From a phage, in the NCBI GenBank assembly GCA_033178465.1, contig GCA_033178465.1_4726.5: a stretch of DNA of 32,613 nt. One strand, given 5' to 3'. The notes under the pieces are model-generated. The model worked only from the letters and a program-made list of their open reading frames with translations. It did no database searches and was not told where the DNA came from. A program made the translations under genes and the position numbers. Numbering within the stretch: the first letter of the stretch is position 1; every line of letters starts with the position of its first letter. Shown in pieces: positions 9,145 to 21,009 of this stretch.

Positions 9145-10160
9145 AACAGTATTTGGACCTTTTGCAAGACATCATGGATAATGGTCGTGATAAAGCTGAT
9201 CGTACAGGCACCGGGACCCGTTCCGTATTCGGACGTCAGATGCGTTTTGACTTGAAGAAAGGATTCCCGCTGGTAACCACTAAGAAGATTCACCTTAAGA
9301 GCGTTATCCACGAACTGCTCTGGTTTCTTAATGGTGATACAAACGTTGCTTATCTTCAAGATAACGGTGTTCGTATCTGGAATGAGTGGGCTGACGAAGA
9401 AGGGAATCTAGGACCTATTTACGGCAAACAATGGCGGGAATGGATCGACTACAAAATGGTTGTTCCGCACGATACAGAACGTACTCGTGAGTTGATGCAA
9501 CGCGGCTATGAGTATTGCGGTGTTGTTGACGCCGGTATGGTCAAACATCTCTTGTATGTTAAACACCACGACCAAATCGCAAACGTGATGCGTCAGCTTA
9601 AAGAAGATCCTGATTCTCGACGGATCATCGTTAGCGCGTGGAACGTAGGCGATTTAGACGATATGCATCTCGCTCCGTGCCATTCATTTTATCAGTTCTA
9701 TACTCACGAACTCACGATCGATGAACGCGTTGATTATGTCCAGCGCAATGACGTACTAAGAACCCAGTGGGTTACGGATGATGTACGACACAGTGAAACA
9801 GAACTCTGGTTGAATGCGCATAACGTACCAACACGTGCATTATCCTGTCAGCTTTACCAGAGATCGTGCGACACGGTGCTTGGGAAACCGTTCAACATCG
9901 CCTCATACTCGTTGTTAACACACATGCTTGCCCAGCAGCTGAATATGGACGTTGGTGAGTTCGTGTGGACCGGTGGAGATTGTCACATCTATCACAACCA
10001 TTTCGAACAGGTTAAAGAACAACTCAGCCGTGAACCGTATCCGTTACCGAAGCTAACAATCGTACGTAAACCGGAAAGTATTACGGATTACCGTTACGAA
10101 GACTTTGTGTTCGTCGGATATCAATCACATCCGGCTATCAAGGCTAAGGTGGCGGTGTAA
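9141..10160 (+). CDS. thyA: thymidylate synthase
   Basis: Signature blocks [39 protein letters not shown] (catalytic Cys), [15 protein letters not shown]; two insertions relative to compact ThyA. Confidence 0.92.
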   Translation: MKQYLDLLQDIMDNGRDKADRTGTGTRSVFGRQMRFDLKKGFPLVTTKKIHLKSVIHELLWFLNGDTNVAYLQDNGVRIWNEWADEEGNLGPIYGKQWREWIDYKMVVPHDTERTRELMQRGYEYCGVVDAGMVKHLLYVKHHDQIANVMRQLKEDPDSRRIIVSAWNVGDLDDMHLAPCHSFYQFYTHELTIDERVDYVQRNDVLRTQWVTDDVRHSETELWLNAHNVPTRALSCQLYQRSCDTVLGKPFNIASYSLLTHMLAQQLNMDVGEFVWTGGDCHIYHNHFEQVKEQLSREPYPLPKLTIVRKPESITDYRYEDFVFVGYQSHPAIKAKVAV

Positions 10161-10171
10161 ATTAACAACTG

Positions 10172-10191
10172 AGGGTGGGTACGCCCACCCT
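10172..10191 (+). terminator. stem-loop (AGGGTGGG-TACG-CCCACCCT), terminator-like
   Basis: 8-bp stem 12 nt after the thyA stop; overlaps the unlikely GTG start of track ORF 10175. Confidence 0.35.
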
Positions 10192-10207
10192 AATACGGAG
10201 GACTATC

Positions 10208-10501
10208 GTGGATGAAGTAAGTTCTGAACTGTTAGAAGCAATGGATGAACGAGTAACCACTATCGGTTTTTATCTCACTGGTGTTACTGAAGCATTACCC
10301 ACACCGAAAAATAGTTACGAGATGGAGGCTGATAGCATACTTACACAAACCCTTCCTATACAGCTTAAAGCAGAAATTAACGAACGTCTACGCGTCGATA
10401 TGCTTACAAAGGAGCAGCGTAAATCCTTGCTGGAAGCATTAGATACCATCGACAAGAGAATGACGCTTCTTAAATTAGGTTTTAAGAAGCAACTGCATTA
10501 A
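10208..10501 (+). CDS. hypothetical protein
   Basis: Track ORF 10175..10501 trimmed to the GTG at 10208, which is preceded by ACGGAGGA. Confidence 0.45.
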   Translation: MDEVSSELLEAMDERVTTIGFYLTGVTEALPTPKNSYEMEADSILTQTLPIQLKAEINERLRVDMLTKEQRKSLLEALDTIDKRMTLLKLGFKKQLH

Positions 10502-10531
10502 GAATATCGAGATTTATTTTAGGAGTTTAGA

Positions 10532-10678
10532 ATGACTTGGTCATATCCCTATCGTATTCTGATAGGTGTTAAAAATAAGAAAGGTCCTCGTAAAGGTAAA
10601 TGGAGATACACCTGGTTATGCGGACAGATAGAACTAAAACCGAGAATCTTCTCTGCCTGGAGTAAAAGTGATGATTAA
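10532..10678 (+). CDS. small basic protein (48 aa), KKGPxKGK family; not in ORF track
   Basis: ATG 7 nt after AGGAG; hand translation MTWSYPYRILIGVKNKKGPRKGKWRYTWLCGQIELKPRIFSAWSKSDD; shares the basic patch with three other small proteins. Confidence 0.4.
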   Translation: MTWSYPYRILIGVKNKKGPRKGKWRYTWLCGQIELKPRIFSAWSKSDD

Positions 10679-10874
10679 TTCTCTACAGCGCTACATACTA
10701 AATCATGTTATCAACGACATGATCGGTGTTCGTTTAGTCAAAGGAAAACACAAGAAAGGGTGCAATAAAGGGAAACGGTTCGTCGCGCACGTGGTACCAA
10801 TGACCGAACGAAGGATCGCAAATGCTGCGGTGGATTCTATCGCGAAAGCGATGCCGTGGCTTATGCTGGATTGA
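10668..10874 (+). CDS. small basic protein, KKGPxKGK family
   Basis: Track ORF (GTG 10668, ATG 10671); contains KGKHKKGCNKGKRF. Confidence 0.45.
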   Translation: MMINSLQRYILNHVINDMIGVRLVKGKHKKGCNKGKRFVAHVVPMTERRIANAAVDSIAKAMPWLMLD

Positions 10875-10900
10875 CTTCTTAGAAGAAAGAGGAGTTACGT

Positions 10901-11098
10901 ATGCAATGTCTCGAAGAAACAGAAGCGGGTACTCTGGATTATATCGATCCGATGTATTTATTCCGATCTATCGCCACTCGATATTTGGCTAGTGTTTATA
11001 ACAAACGCGTTAAACGAGGCCCGGGTAAAGGCAGACAGAAGAAAGTAGGTATTTATAAATGTCATAAATCACCTAATCCGATGTATTGTTGGAGATAG
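10901..11098 (+). CDS. small basic protein, KKGPxKGK family
   Basis: AGAGGAG upstream of ATG; contains KRVKRGPGKGRQKKVG. Confidence 0.5.
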   Translation: MQCLEETEAGTLDYIDPMYLFRSIATRYLASVYNKRVKRGPGKGRQKKVGIYKCHKSPNPMYCWR

Positions 11099-11118
11099 CG
11101 TTGAAGAGGATCTACCCT

Positions 11119-11436
11119 ATGCTTAGCATCACTTATTTTCGTCGATGCTGGTATATTCATCAGTACCGCAAAAACAGGAATCAGATTATCGATATAAAGT
11201 TTCATATTGACTCTTTACTCAAACTAGAGAAGGTGAAAGAACAACCGTTGGTTGTCGTTCGGTTGAGGTCTTTATTAGAACGTTTACGTATAGCGTCGCA
11301 GGTGAATGAACAGCTTCATCAGGCGAATAAAGCGCGAGCGCCAAGGGTTGTACGGAAATGTTATCGTTCCGGATTTAACCACCGATTGAAAAGTATACGT
11401 AACAGTTTAAAGCATATAACGGAGAATATGACATGA
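11119..11436 (+). CDS. hypothetical protein
   Basis: Track ORF 11086..11436 trimmed to the ATG at 11119 preceded by GAAGAGGA; start uncertain. Confidence 0.4.
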   Translation: MLSITYFRRCWYIHQYRKNRNQIIDIKFHIDSLLKLEKVKEQPLVVVRLRSLLERLRIASQVNEQLHQANKARAPRVVRKCYRSGFNHRLKSIRNSLKHITENMT

Positions 11437-12077
11437 AAGATATCGCGGAAACAAAAGAAGAGAAATACACCCAACTGAAGAAGAAACTGGAGAAACAGGG
11501 TTTTCTAGCGAAACGTTTAATCCGTGTTATGCGTTATAAATACAAATGCTATTTCGGTACGGAGCTATCGAACGGTGATGCGTTTGTTAACGAGTGTCGT
11601 CGGACGATTTCTCGCATTAATGACTTACAAGCGCGTAATGATTGGTGGTACAAAGAATCGGAAAACTTCACTGATACCGACCGCCGTACCGTATCCCACT
11701 TAGAAAGCCAGTTGAAAGAGTTAATGGAAGACAGAGCCAACTTACAACGTCGAATCCATCAACGATTTGATGAATGGGAGAAAGGCGCTTTCATTAACGG
11801 TGATGAGATACGTATCGATAACATCATTAGACGTCTTATCGCTAAAGATGACGAGGAAGACTTACCGTTACCTGATGATCACGATACCGCAAAACAGGTT
11901 CTTGAACAAGCGGTACGTTGCATGGGTGCTTTGCTCTCCCTGGGTCATATCGAACGCAAAAAGATCGTTCAATGTAAATTCGAAAAGCTTCTTGTTCAGT
12001 TCCACCGCAAGTTCTTTTATAGCACCGAAAAAGAAGTTGCTGTACAACTAATAGAAGGTATCAATGAAGTTGAATAG
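11433..12077 (+). CDS. hypothetical protein, charged and probably coiled-coil
   Basis: Track ORF; ATGA overlap with upstream gene; K/E/R-rich heptad-like sequence. Confidence 0.55.
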   Translation: MKDIAETKEEKYTQLKKKLEKQGFLAKRLIRVMRYKYKCYFGTELSNGDAFVNECRRTISRINDLQARNDWWYKESENFTDTDRRTVSHLESQLKELMEDRANLQRRIHQRFDEWEKGAFINGDEIRIDNIIRRLIAKDDEEDLPLPDDHDTAKQVLEQAVRCMGALLSLGHIERKKIVQCKFEKLLVQFHRKFFYSTEKEVAVQLIEGINEVE

Positions 12078-12432
12078 AACTGTTTGGGGTATACAGTCAT
12101 TTTGGTATCGATATTGGTTTAATCGTAATTTACGTGACTTCGTTCGGCTTATCCGTTATGTGAAGCTCATGATAAATTGTCGTGAGTTAAATAGAGAGTT
12201 GGGGATAGGTAGTGCGAGGAAATATACGTACGATACAGACCCGTTTATCGAGTACTGCAATTCGTATATAAGAGATATCGTGGTTCTGATGAAATCGAGT
12301 CACGAGTTGTTTATGGATTGCGATTCTTGCTACAAGTCCTTTCTCGGACGCCGTGTTCGTGCGAATCGAATAAGAAATGCGATCTCTATGTTGCATTGGC
12401 GATTTTACTATTTTCCAGACCCCGATAAATAA
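12064..12432 (+). CDS. hypothetical protein
   Basis: Track ORF overlapping upstream gene by 14 nt. Confidence 0.45.
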   Translation: MKLNRTVWGIQSFWYRYWFNRNLRDFVRLIRYVKLMINCRELNRELGIGSARKYTYDTDPFIEYCNSYIRDIVVLMKSSHELFMDCDSCYKSFLGRRVRANRIRNAISMLHWRFYYFPDPDK

Positions 12433-12437
12433 ATAAC

Positions 12438-12770
12438 GTGTATATGAATCAGACAGCTATAATTGATATTTATAACTATCGTAAATACACATCCATGCTC
12501 GATGCTGCGACTTCGCTGTTAGAGCACAAGTTACGCGAATGCAACGTACAGACCGCTACAGAAGAAGTTCTGGAAATCGCGCAGTTGTTACTTGATCGTT
12601 TAAAAGAACTTCGAATTTACGTCGCGAGCATGTATGGAAATGGTCCCGATGCTGTAAGTATTGCTTACAACAAACCAAGATTGATGGTGGAGAAGATTAT
12701 CGAGCAAACCGGTAACATCGACAATGAAATCAACGCCTTTATAAGCGGCGTCAATACGTTAAAACTTTAA
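12438..12770 (+). CDS. hypothetical protein
   Basis: Track ORF; start is GTG 12438 or ATG 12444. Confidence 0.45.
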   Translation: MYMNQTAIIDIYNYRKYTSMLDAATSLLEHKLRECNVQTATEEVLEIAQLLLDRLKELRIYVASMYGNGPDAVSIAYNKPRLMVEKIIEQTGNIDNEINAFISGVNTLKL

Positions 12771-12775
12771 GAGAG

Positions 12776-13084
12776 ATGATGAGAATGAACGAAAACAATT
12801 GTGAACTGGTTCCAGAAGAAAGGTTGGTTGCGATTCGTGACTACTTCTTGGCTGATGAAGAAAACAAACCATTCTTCGTCTTTTCGGATAATAAACATCA
12901 AGCAACCTGTGAACTCGCTGCAGCCGAGGGTATGCGTGATGCGTTAGTATATCGACTGGAAGCGAAACGATCCGTTGTATCAGACACGACAGAGATCGAT
13001 AATGCAATCAGGGTAGTCGATCGTCGGTATGACGAGTTACTTACCGAATACGAGAACGGATCGCAAACGGTAATTCTTCACTAA
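12776..13084 (+). CDS. hypothetical protein
   Basis: Track ORF on the common coding strand. Confidence 0.5.
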   Translation: MMRMNENNCELVPEERLVAIRDYFLADEENKPFFVFSDNKHQATCELAAAEGMRDALVYRLEAKRSVVSDTTEIDNAIRVVDRRYDELLTEYENGSQTVILH

Positions 13085-13114
13085 TCCGCCCCATCCATTT
13101 GCACGGAGACGCAG

Positions 13115-13396
13115 ATGTTCAACAGTTCGATGGTGTATTACGGTAGTATCGTTCAGGTATTGGTACCTTTCATCGATGAACGTACCTGTTTAGCAGCAGA
13201 CGCACGGTATATTCAACGTTGGGTAAAACTTGGGCGATTAACACGAAAACATTTACAGCATGCGATGACTTCAACCCATGCTGCGATTCATCTTATTGAC
13301 CCTAACTTTCGCGACGGTAAAAGGCACATTCACCTTTATCGTGAAAGTTATGTCCGCTGGTTAGAAAATGCATTAAAGGATAAAGAACATGAGTAA
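13115..13396 (+). CDS. hypothetical protein
   Basis: Track ORF; GGAGA upstream of ATG. Confidence 0.5.
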   Translation: MFNSSMVYYGSIVQVLVPFIDERTCLAADARYIQRWVKLGRLTRKHLQHAMTSTHAAIHLIDPNFRDGKRHIHLYRESYVRWLENALKDKEHE

Positions 13397-13874
13397 CACA
13401 GTTAAACTTAATGAAAACAATTTTTCAAAACTGGACGATTTTATCGAAGAATATATCGAGAAAAAGCAATGGGCTATTATCAGTGTCGCTCCTGATGAGG
13501 GAAGCGACGAGCCTGGCTTTATGTATACTGTTGGTCTAACCGAACACGGAATGCCGGAAATCTTCGTATCCGGTTACTGCCCTGCCCTTGGTTCAGCGAT
13601 CAACAAACTGGGTAACTTCATGGTGAAGGCAAAGACCATCCCGTTAGGCGCGTTCGATGGCAATCTGACTTTGAAGGGTACGGGTGAAACCTTGCGTCTT
13701 GACGTGCGCGAAATTGAGGATATTGAATCCTTCAACGAAGTGTATGCGATATCGGCTTTCGCTCGATATGGTAAAAAAGTTGCAGGTATTCAGCTTGTTT
13801 GGCCTGACACCAGCAATACGTTACCCCATGAAGGTGGTTACGAATCATGCTGCTGTCCGCAGATCCTGCTTTAA
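13389..13874 (+). CDS. hypothetical protein, possibly DUF4262-like
   Basis: Track ORF; AAGGA upstream; ...GFMYTVGLTEHGMPEIFV... and C-terminal CCCPQILL; family assignment is from memory only. Confidence 0.5.
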   Translation: MSNTVKLNENNFSKLDDFIEEYIEKKQWAIISVAPDEGSDEPGFMYTVGLTEHGMPEIFVSGYCPALGSAINKLGNFMVKAKTIPLGAFDGNLTLKGTGETLRLDVREIEDIESFNEVYAISAFARYGKKVAGIQLVWPDTSNTLPHEGGYESCCCPQILL

Positions 13875-13912
13875 TCTTAATACCAATAATTAAATTGTTT
13901 ATAGGAGTTTTT

Positions 13913-14101
13913 GTGAAATCGACCATCAACCGCACCGATTTTCATCCCGATCGTATTGCGGAGACCTTTGCTCGTATGGATAATAACACGTTCGCCATGT
14001 TGTTCAACAGCGGATTTGATTCTACCAGCGAGACCCATCGTTCTACCGGTGTGACTATCGATGCGGAATGTGTCCATGTTAAGGAAACAAACGCGGAATA
14101 A
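13913..14101 (+). CDS. hypothetical small protein
   Basis: Track ORF 13847..14101 trimmed to the GTG at 13913, 5 nt after AGGAG. Confidence 0.35.
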   Translation: MKSTINRTDFHPDRIAETFARMDNNTFAMLFNSGFDSTSETHRSTGVTIDAECVHVKETNAE

Positions 14102-14107
14102 GACGCA

Positions 14108-14482
14108 ATGTACGTTATTATCGATGATGTTGAAGGACGACAGCTAACACCAGTTCAATCGTTACGATTGCGTAATGCCGCATTGATGTACGCTGTGTTA
14201 TGGTGGGACTGTAAAACACGCTTACCTAGCGATGCAAAATCGATGCGACGCTATTCAGAAGCATTAGTGTCGTGTGAGCACGATGAGATCTTTCAACGAC
14301 TCTTTGACCGGCTATCAGATTATCAAGCAATCATTCGGAAGGGTTTGTTTATCTCGATTGAGTGGTTCGGTACTGAGTTGCGGTTAATCGTTGACCGCAA
14401 GGGTATGATATTACGCCCTAACACATTCGAGTCGACACGAGCGATTGCTTGGTGGGACGAGGAAGGTAATCGTCTCTGGTGA
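14108..14482 (+). CDS. hypothetical protein
   Basis: Track ORF on the common coding strand. Confidence 0.5.
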   Translation: MYVIIDDVEGRQLTPVQSLRLRNAALMYAVLWWDCKTRLPSDAKSMRRYSEALVSCEHDEIFQRLFDRLSDYQAIIRKGLFISIEWFGTELRLIVDRKGMILRPNTFESTRAIAWWDEEGNRLW

Positions 14483-14487
14483 TAAAC

Positions 14488-14507
14488 ACCCCGTCTTAAT
14501 GGCGGGG
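14488..14507 (+). terminator. short GC stem-loop (CCCCGTC-TTAAT-GGCGGGG)
   Basis: 7-bp stem including one G-U pair, 6 nt after the stop at 14482. Confidence 0.3.
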
Positions 14508-14558
14508 ATACACTTAAGTAAAGGTATGAGATCAGACAACAACCGAACGAGGTGAGAC

Positions 14559-14675
14559 ATGGTGAATAATGAAGAGTATACGGAAATAAAATCTTGGGTT
14601 GCTAAAGCGCTGCTTGCGTATAGCGCCGTCGGCGTACTGTTTGCCGTAATTGGCATGGTAGGTATGCTACGATGA
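14559..14675 (+). CDS. small hydrophobic protein (38 aa); not in ORF track
   Basis: ATG after GAGGTGA; hand translation MVNNEEYTEIKSWVAKALLAYSAVGVLFAVIGMVGMLR; stop overlaps the ATG of the next gene (ATGA). Confidence 0.35.
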   Translation: MVNNEEYTEIKSWVAKALLAYSAVGVLFAVIGMVGMLR

Positions 14676-14938
14676 GCATCGAGGATGACTTTTTACGGAA
14701 CGCACTTGACTTTTATTCTAAACCATTAACACCCGGTGGGTTGGAATTGGGTGTGGTCAATCCCGATAAATTGCATCCGATTGCTAAATGGTTGAATCAA
14801 CATCGAGAAGGGCTGTATTCCGTTGACCAACCGGAACTGGTGGCACGTTGGCATATTAAGAAAAGCGGTCTTGATATGTCGTTACAAGCGCGTGCGAACA
14901 AAGACCATATTGCCCTATCGATCATGGGTACTTTTTAA
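14672..14938 (+). CDS. hypothetical protein
   Basis: Track ORF; start coupled to the upstream small ORF. Confidence 0.5.
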   Translation: MSIEDDFLRNALDFYSKPLTPGGLELGVVNPDKLHPIAKWLNQHREGLYSVDQPELVARWHIKKSGLDMSLQARANKDHIALSIMGTF

Positions 14939-14952
14939 CGAGGATAATTTAC

Positions 14953-15930
14953 ATGGCTTCTGTTGGCCCAATCGATAAGACACGCGATGCGGTAAAGGCG
15001 TTGCTCGAAAGAATTTATTTTGAGCTTGCGAATGCCGAACATCCAAGCGTGAGTCTTTTCGATGATAAACTCACAGCGATTAATAACGTTCATCCAATGC
15101 TGTATCAGGATCTCCTTACGTCGTGGAAACCGATGGGTGTTTTCGCTAACGCTTTTTCAGATACCGTCGTAGCCAGCGGCTTTGAAAAACCGAAGCTACC
15201 TTTTGTTTATGAGCCGTCGGTCGATCCAAGACGCGAGCGTCTGGGTGTTTTAACGCATGCGTTGATTGATAGTATTGGTTATTATCTTTCCTCTGAATGG
15301 ACAGCCAAATACACCGAGCTGTTAGACGAATACGAACTGTGGCGTAATCAGATCTTAACGGATGCGGAGAAGAAAGCGTACGCAATCGCGTTGGCAGAGA
15401 AAACCCGTGGGGACGTTGGTCGCTTAATCCACGATTTTTACGCGGTTTTGAAACCAACCTACTACGAAACAAAACGTCAGCTGACCTGGGAAGAAGCACT
15501 GGCGTTGATGCAGAACGCAGAAACAGCGGATGATGTTGCGGGTATAATCCACGATTACTGTATGTCAAGAATCCTGCTGGATAAAGGCAATCAGAAATAC
15601 GTTCGTGAGGTTCAGCTTCCAAATAACGCGCTGGGTATCGCAAACGAGATTTTCGAGTTCCTGAACGAGTGGAATCCGCCGTTACTTGCGATTACGTATA
15701 TCTGCGATGATATTCTTACTGAGGATCTGTTCCTTCCATTGTTAGGTGAAGCGTCGCTGCGACGTTATTCCCAAACGTTCAAGAACAGCGCAACGATGGC
15801 ATCTACCGTACCGGTTAGTTTACCACGCCGTCGTAAAATGCTTACGGTATCCGCAGGCAAGATTAACCTCTTAGTGTTGTATTATGCTGTAAGAAACGGC
15901 TTACCGACATTAATTTTCAGGAAAAAGTAA
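14953..15930 (+). CDS. hypothetical protein
   Basis: Track ORF; GAGGA 9 nt upstream of ATG; 325 aa with no recognised motif. Confidence 0.6.
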   Translation: MASVGPIDKTRDAVKALLERIYFELANAEHPSVSLFDDKLTAINNVHPMLYQDLLTSWKPMGVFANAFSDTVVASGFEKPKLPFVYEPSVDPRRERLGVLTHALIDSIGYYLSSEWTAKYTELLDEYELWRNQILTDAEKKAYAIALAEKTRGDVGRLIHDFYAVLKPTYYETKRQLTWEEALALMQNAETADDVAGIIHDYCMSRILLDKGNQKYVREVQLPNNALGIANEIFEFLNEWNPPLLAITYICDDILTEDLFLPLLGEASLRRYSQTFKNSATMASTVPVSLPRRRKMLTVSAGKINLLVLYYAVRNGLPTLIFRKK

Positions 15931-16347
15931 ATGGCTGAAGCGACTGTACAAAACCCCCTTTCATTGATTCAGCAAATAAACATACAGATTTCTCCAAAGT
16001 GCTGTTCTCTTGAACTTGCATTATCCCACGTCGAAAACTGGGTAACCTTTCGCCGCACGGCGCATCCGCGTTTCCCGGTAAATATCAGTCCTGTCGTCGT
16101 GGTCGCATTAGAAAACGAAGACCTTACTCATGACCTGTGGCAGCGCATTCGTGGTCGTATACCGCAATACGTAAATGTGATGGGTGTTCTGTTAGTAAGC
16201 GACACCGAAGCATTCGAAAGTCATCCATTGTGTTACGCCGATGTGGTGGTTACGGATAACCCAATGATGCTTGAACGCATGCGTGCTGTGCTGACTAATC
16301 CGGTTCGAACGGAAATACTCATCGATATTAAACAGGATGCTTCTTAA
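15931..16347 (+). CDS. hypothetical protein
   Basis: Track ORF; ATG immediately after upstream stop (TAAATG). Confidence 0.55.
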   Translation: MAEATVQNPLSLIQQINIQISPKCCSLELALSHVENWVTFRRTAHPRFPVNISPVVVVALENEDLTHDLWQRIRGRIPQYVNVMGVLLVSDTEAFESHPLCYADVVVTDNPMMLERMRAVLTNPVRTEILIDIKQDAS

Positions 16348-16363
16348 CAGTTTGGGTGATAAC

Positions 16364-16657
16364 ATGCGCTATTGGAAACTTTCAGCTTATCAAATTGCGT
16401 TATTGGGTATTGACACCAAAGAGAAAGAATTGTTGCACGGTGAACTCGACACCGCTTATCTTTCAGAAAACAACATGGTTGTATGTAAATTTGTTGGATT
16501 AACGACTCGACGTAATGTGGTACATGAAACCTATGCGTTGAAGGGTAAAGGCATGCAGGAAGTTGCTGCTGTGATTCGTACCGGTATCGTGGTACCGCCA
16601 GGTGTAAGTGATAATCTTGATGAGGTGTTACATGGAACTCGTAAAGCAACCCGTTAA
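16364..16657 (+). CDS. hypothetical protein
   Basis: Track ORF 16337..16657 trimmed to the first ATG outside the upstream gene; start uncertain. Confidence 0.45.
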   Translation: MRYWKLSAYQIALLGIDTKEKELLHGELDTAYLSENNMVVCKFVGLTTRRNVVHETYALKGKGMQEVAAVIRTGIVVPPGVSDNLDEVLHGTRKATR

Positions 16658-17240
16658 TGCGTGGACGCTCATGCCGGATGAGGCGATTCGCTATGGCTTC
16701 CTGAAGAAGCACGCGCCGAAGCTCATCGATGGTACCATCGGACCGGAACAGGATTTGTTGTATGCTGTGTTGTTTGATGATTATCGTGCGATGGCGGTTT
16801 ATGGCGAGTCAGGAAAAGCACACGTCGTAAGCATCGAACGTTACGTGTTTAATGAGCCGGGTGTTAAGGAACAGCTTGATGCCATCATGATGAACACGAA
16901 ACCCGTACCTGAACAGATCAAGCTTCAGTTCCTCGAGATGCTGAATCCGGATGAACGGACGGTGCGGCTTATTCGTAACGATCCTGCTACCCAGGAACTC
17001 ACGGAAGTATTACTGGACCTGAAACTGCATGTCGCCCTCGAACGTGCAGAAGGCGGTAAGGTTAATACCTGTATTCGTCAATTCTGTAAATCCCGTGAAG
17101 CGAAGGTTAAACACCATCAAACACGGAATATCCTGAAAGCGATTCGTTCCGTTGCGCTACCTGAAATTAAAATGAAGGAAGTGCTGTCGTTATACGAAAC
17201 CTATATGAACGACGAAGTCGAATGTGTTGTGAAGTCTTGA
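16632..17240 (+). CDS. hypothetical protein
   Basis: Track ORF 16608..17240 trimmed to the ATG at 16632 preceded by GAGGTG. Confidence 0.5.
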   Translation: MELVKQPVNAWTLMPDEAIRYGFLKKHAPKLIDGTIGPEQDLLYAVLFDDYRAMAVYGESGKAHVVSIERYVFNEPGVKEQLDAIMMNTKPVPEQIKLQFLEMLNPDERTVRLIRNDPATQELTEVLLDLKLHVALERAEGGKVNTCIRQFCKSREAKVKHHQTRNILKAIRSVALPEIKMKEVLSLYETYMNDEVECVVKS

Positions 17241-17258
17241 AGAAATAAAAAGCGTATT

Positions 17259-17292
17259 GCCTGTGTCCCTCCCATCGCGGGTGGGCACGGGC
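17259..17292 (+). terminator. long imperfect GC-rich stem-loop followed by GTTATGCTG; terminator-like or regulatory
   Basis: GCCTGTGTCCCTCCC ... GGGTGGGCACGGGC pairs with G-U wobbles and one mismatch, 19 nt after the stop at 17240. Confidence 0.4.
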
Positions 17293-17348
17293 GTTATGCT
17301 GATGTACATTTTGACAATTTTTTGGTTTCGTATGGAGGAAACGACAAC

Positions 17349-20012
<2,664 letters not shown>

Positions 20013-20024
20013 TGGGGTGGCGCT

Positions 20025-20492
20025 ATGGTCAAGGACTGGACACCCGAAGAAGACGCGATATTGATTACTCTGTACCGAAACGGTATCCCGATGCAAGAGA
20101 TTGCGGCACGGCTTGACCGAACAGAAGGTTCGGTTCAAGGTCGAATTAACCGTAATCGCAAGCGCTGGAAACTCATGTCACGTCACCGCTATTGTTGTTT
20201 CGAAGAACGCGTGATGTTAGCCGATTATCTTAAGACACACAGCGTGAAAGAAGCCGCGGTAATGTTCAATCGTAGCGTGGATGCGATCGCTAAACTCTGC
20301 TACCGTTATGGCATTGTTGCATGCAAAGCGCAACGTCGAGAGATGATTTATCATCGAATACATACTCTTAGAAAAGAGAAGAAAACCTGGGAGAGAATAC
20401 AGAATATCATCAATAACGAATTTAACACCCATTACACGTTAAGCGGTGTTCATAGCCTCTACTACACTCAAGCATTAAAACGCGTAGAATAG
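20025..20492 (+). CDS. Myb/SANT-like HTH repeat protein, array member 2
   Basis: DWTPEEDAILITLY...EIAARLDRTEGSVQGRI plus two further repeats. Confidence 0.6.
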   Translation: MVKDWTPEEDAILITLYRNGIPMQEIAARLDRTEGSVQGRINRNRKRWKLMSRHRYCCFEERVMLADYLKTHSVKEAAVMFNRSVDAIAKLCYRYGIVACKAQRREMIYHRIHTLRKEKKTWERIQNIINNEFNTHYTLSGVHSLYYTQALKRVE

Positions 20493-20505
20493 GAGAAATC
20501 TCGTT

Positions 20506-21009
20506 GTGAAACCTCCAGTACGACGATGGAATCGTAAGGATGATGAACAGTTGCTGGAATTGTATTATCGTCACCCGAAATTAAAAATCCGTGAAATCGC
20601 AGAAATCATGGAAACAACGTACGGTGCAATTAAATCGAGGTTGATATACTTAAATGTCGAACGTCGTAAACCACATAAACGTTTCAGTGTCGATGAGTTG
20701 GAATATATCAGAGCACACTGCAAACACAAAAGTTACAAACAACTCGCACGCGATTTAAACAGGGATCCAAACAGTATTAGAACGATAGCACACCGTCATG
20801 GCTTCAAGCGGTTAAGCGAGGATGATACTAAGATCTTCATAGCCTTCGTTGATACATTGTTAGAAGAAACACAGGACTGGCACCACATTGCTGAACGGGT
20901 TAATGCGCATTTCGGTATAACACGTACGAAGCAGGCTGTCTATCAGCGTTGGTGGCATCATAGAAAGAAAAGAGGGATACAAGATGGGACGATCTCAACC
21001 GTGGCGTGA
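20506..21009 (+). CDS. Myb/SANT-like HTH repeat protein, array member 3
   Basis: GTG start 9 nt after AGGAGA; RWNRKDDEQLLELY...EIAEIMETTYGAIKSRL; C-terminal VYQRWWHHRKKRG. Confidence 0.6.
   Translation: MKPPVRRWNRKDDEQLLELYYRHPKLKIREIAEIMETTYGAIKSRLIYLNVERRKPHKRFSVDELEYIRAHCKHKSYKQLARDLNRDPNSIRTIAHRHGFKRLSEDDTKIFIAFVDTLLEETQDWHHIAERVNAHFGITRTKQAVYQRWWHHRKKRGIQDGTISTVA

Noticed and set aside
10190-10210. Resemblance of TAATACGGAGGACTATCG to the start of the T7 class III promoter (TAATACGACTCACTATAG)
   Set aside because: Only the first 7 nt match, the rest is an ordinary Shine-Dalgarno and spacer, and no other T7-like promoter copies were seen.
17311-17340. Perfect -35 hexamer TTGACA upstream of 17349-17633
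   Set aside because: No acceptable -10 hexamer at 16-18 bp spacing (the best candidate, TATGGA, is 14 bp away); left as unsupported.
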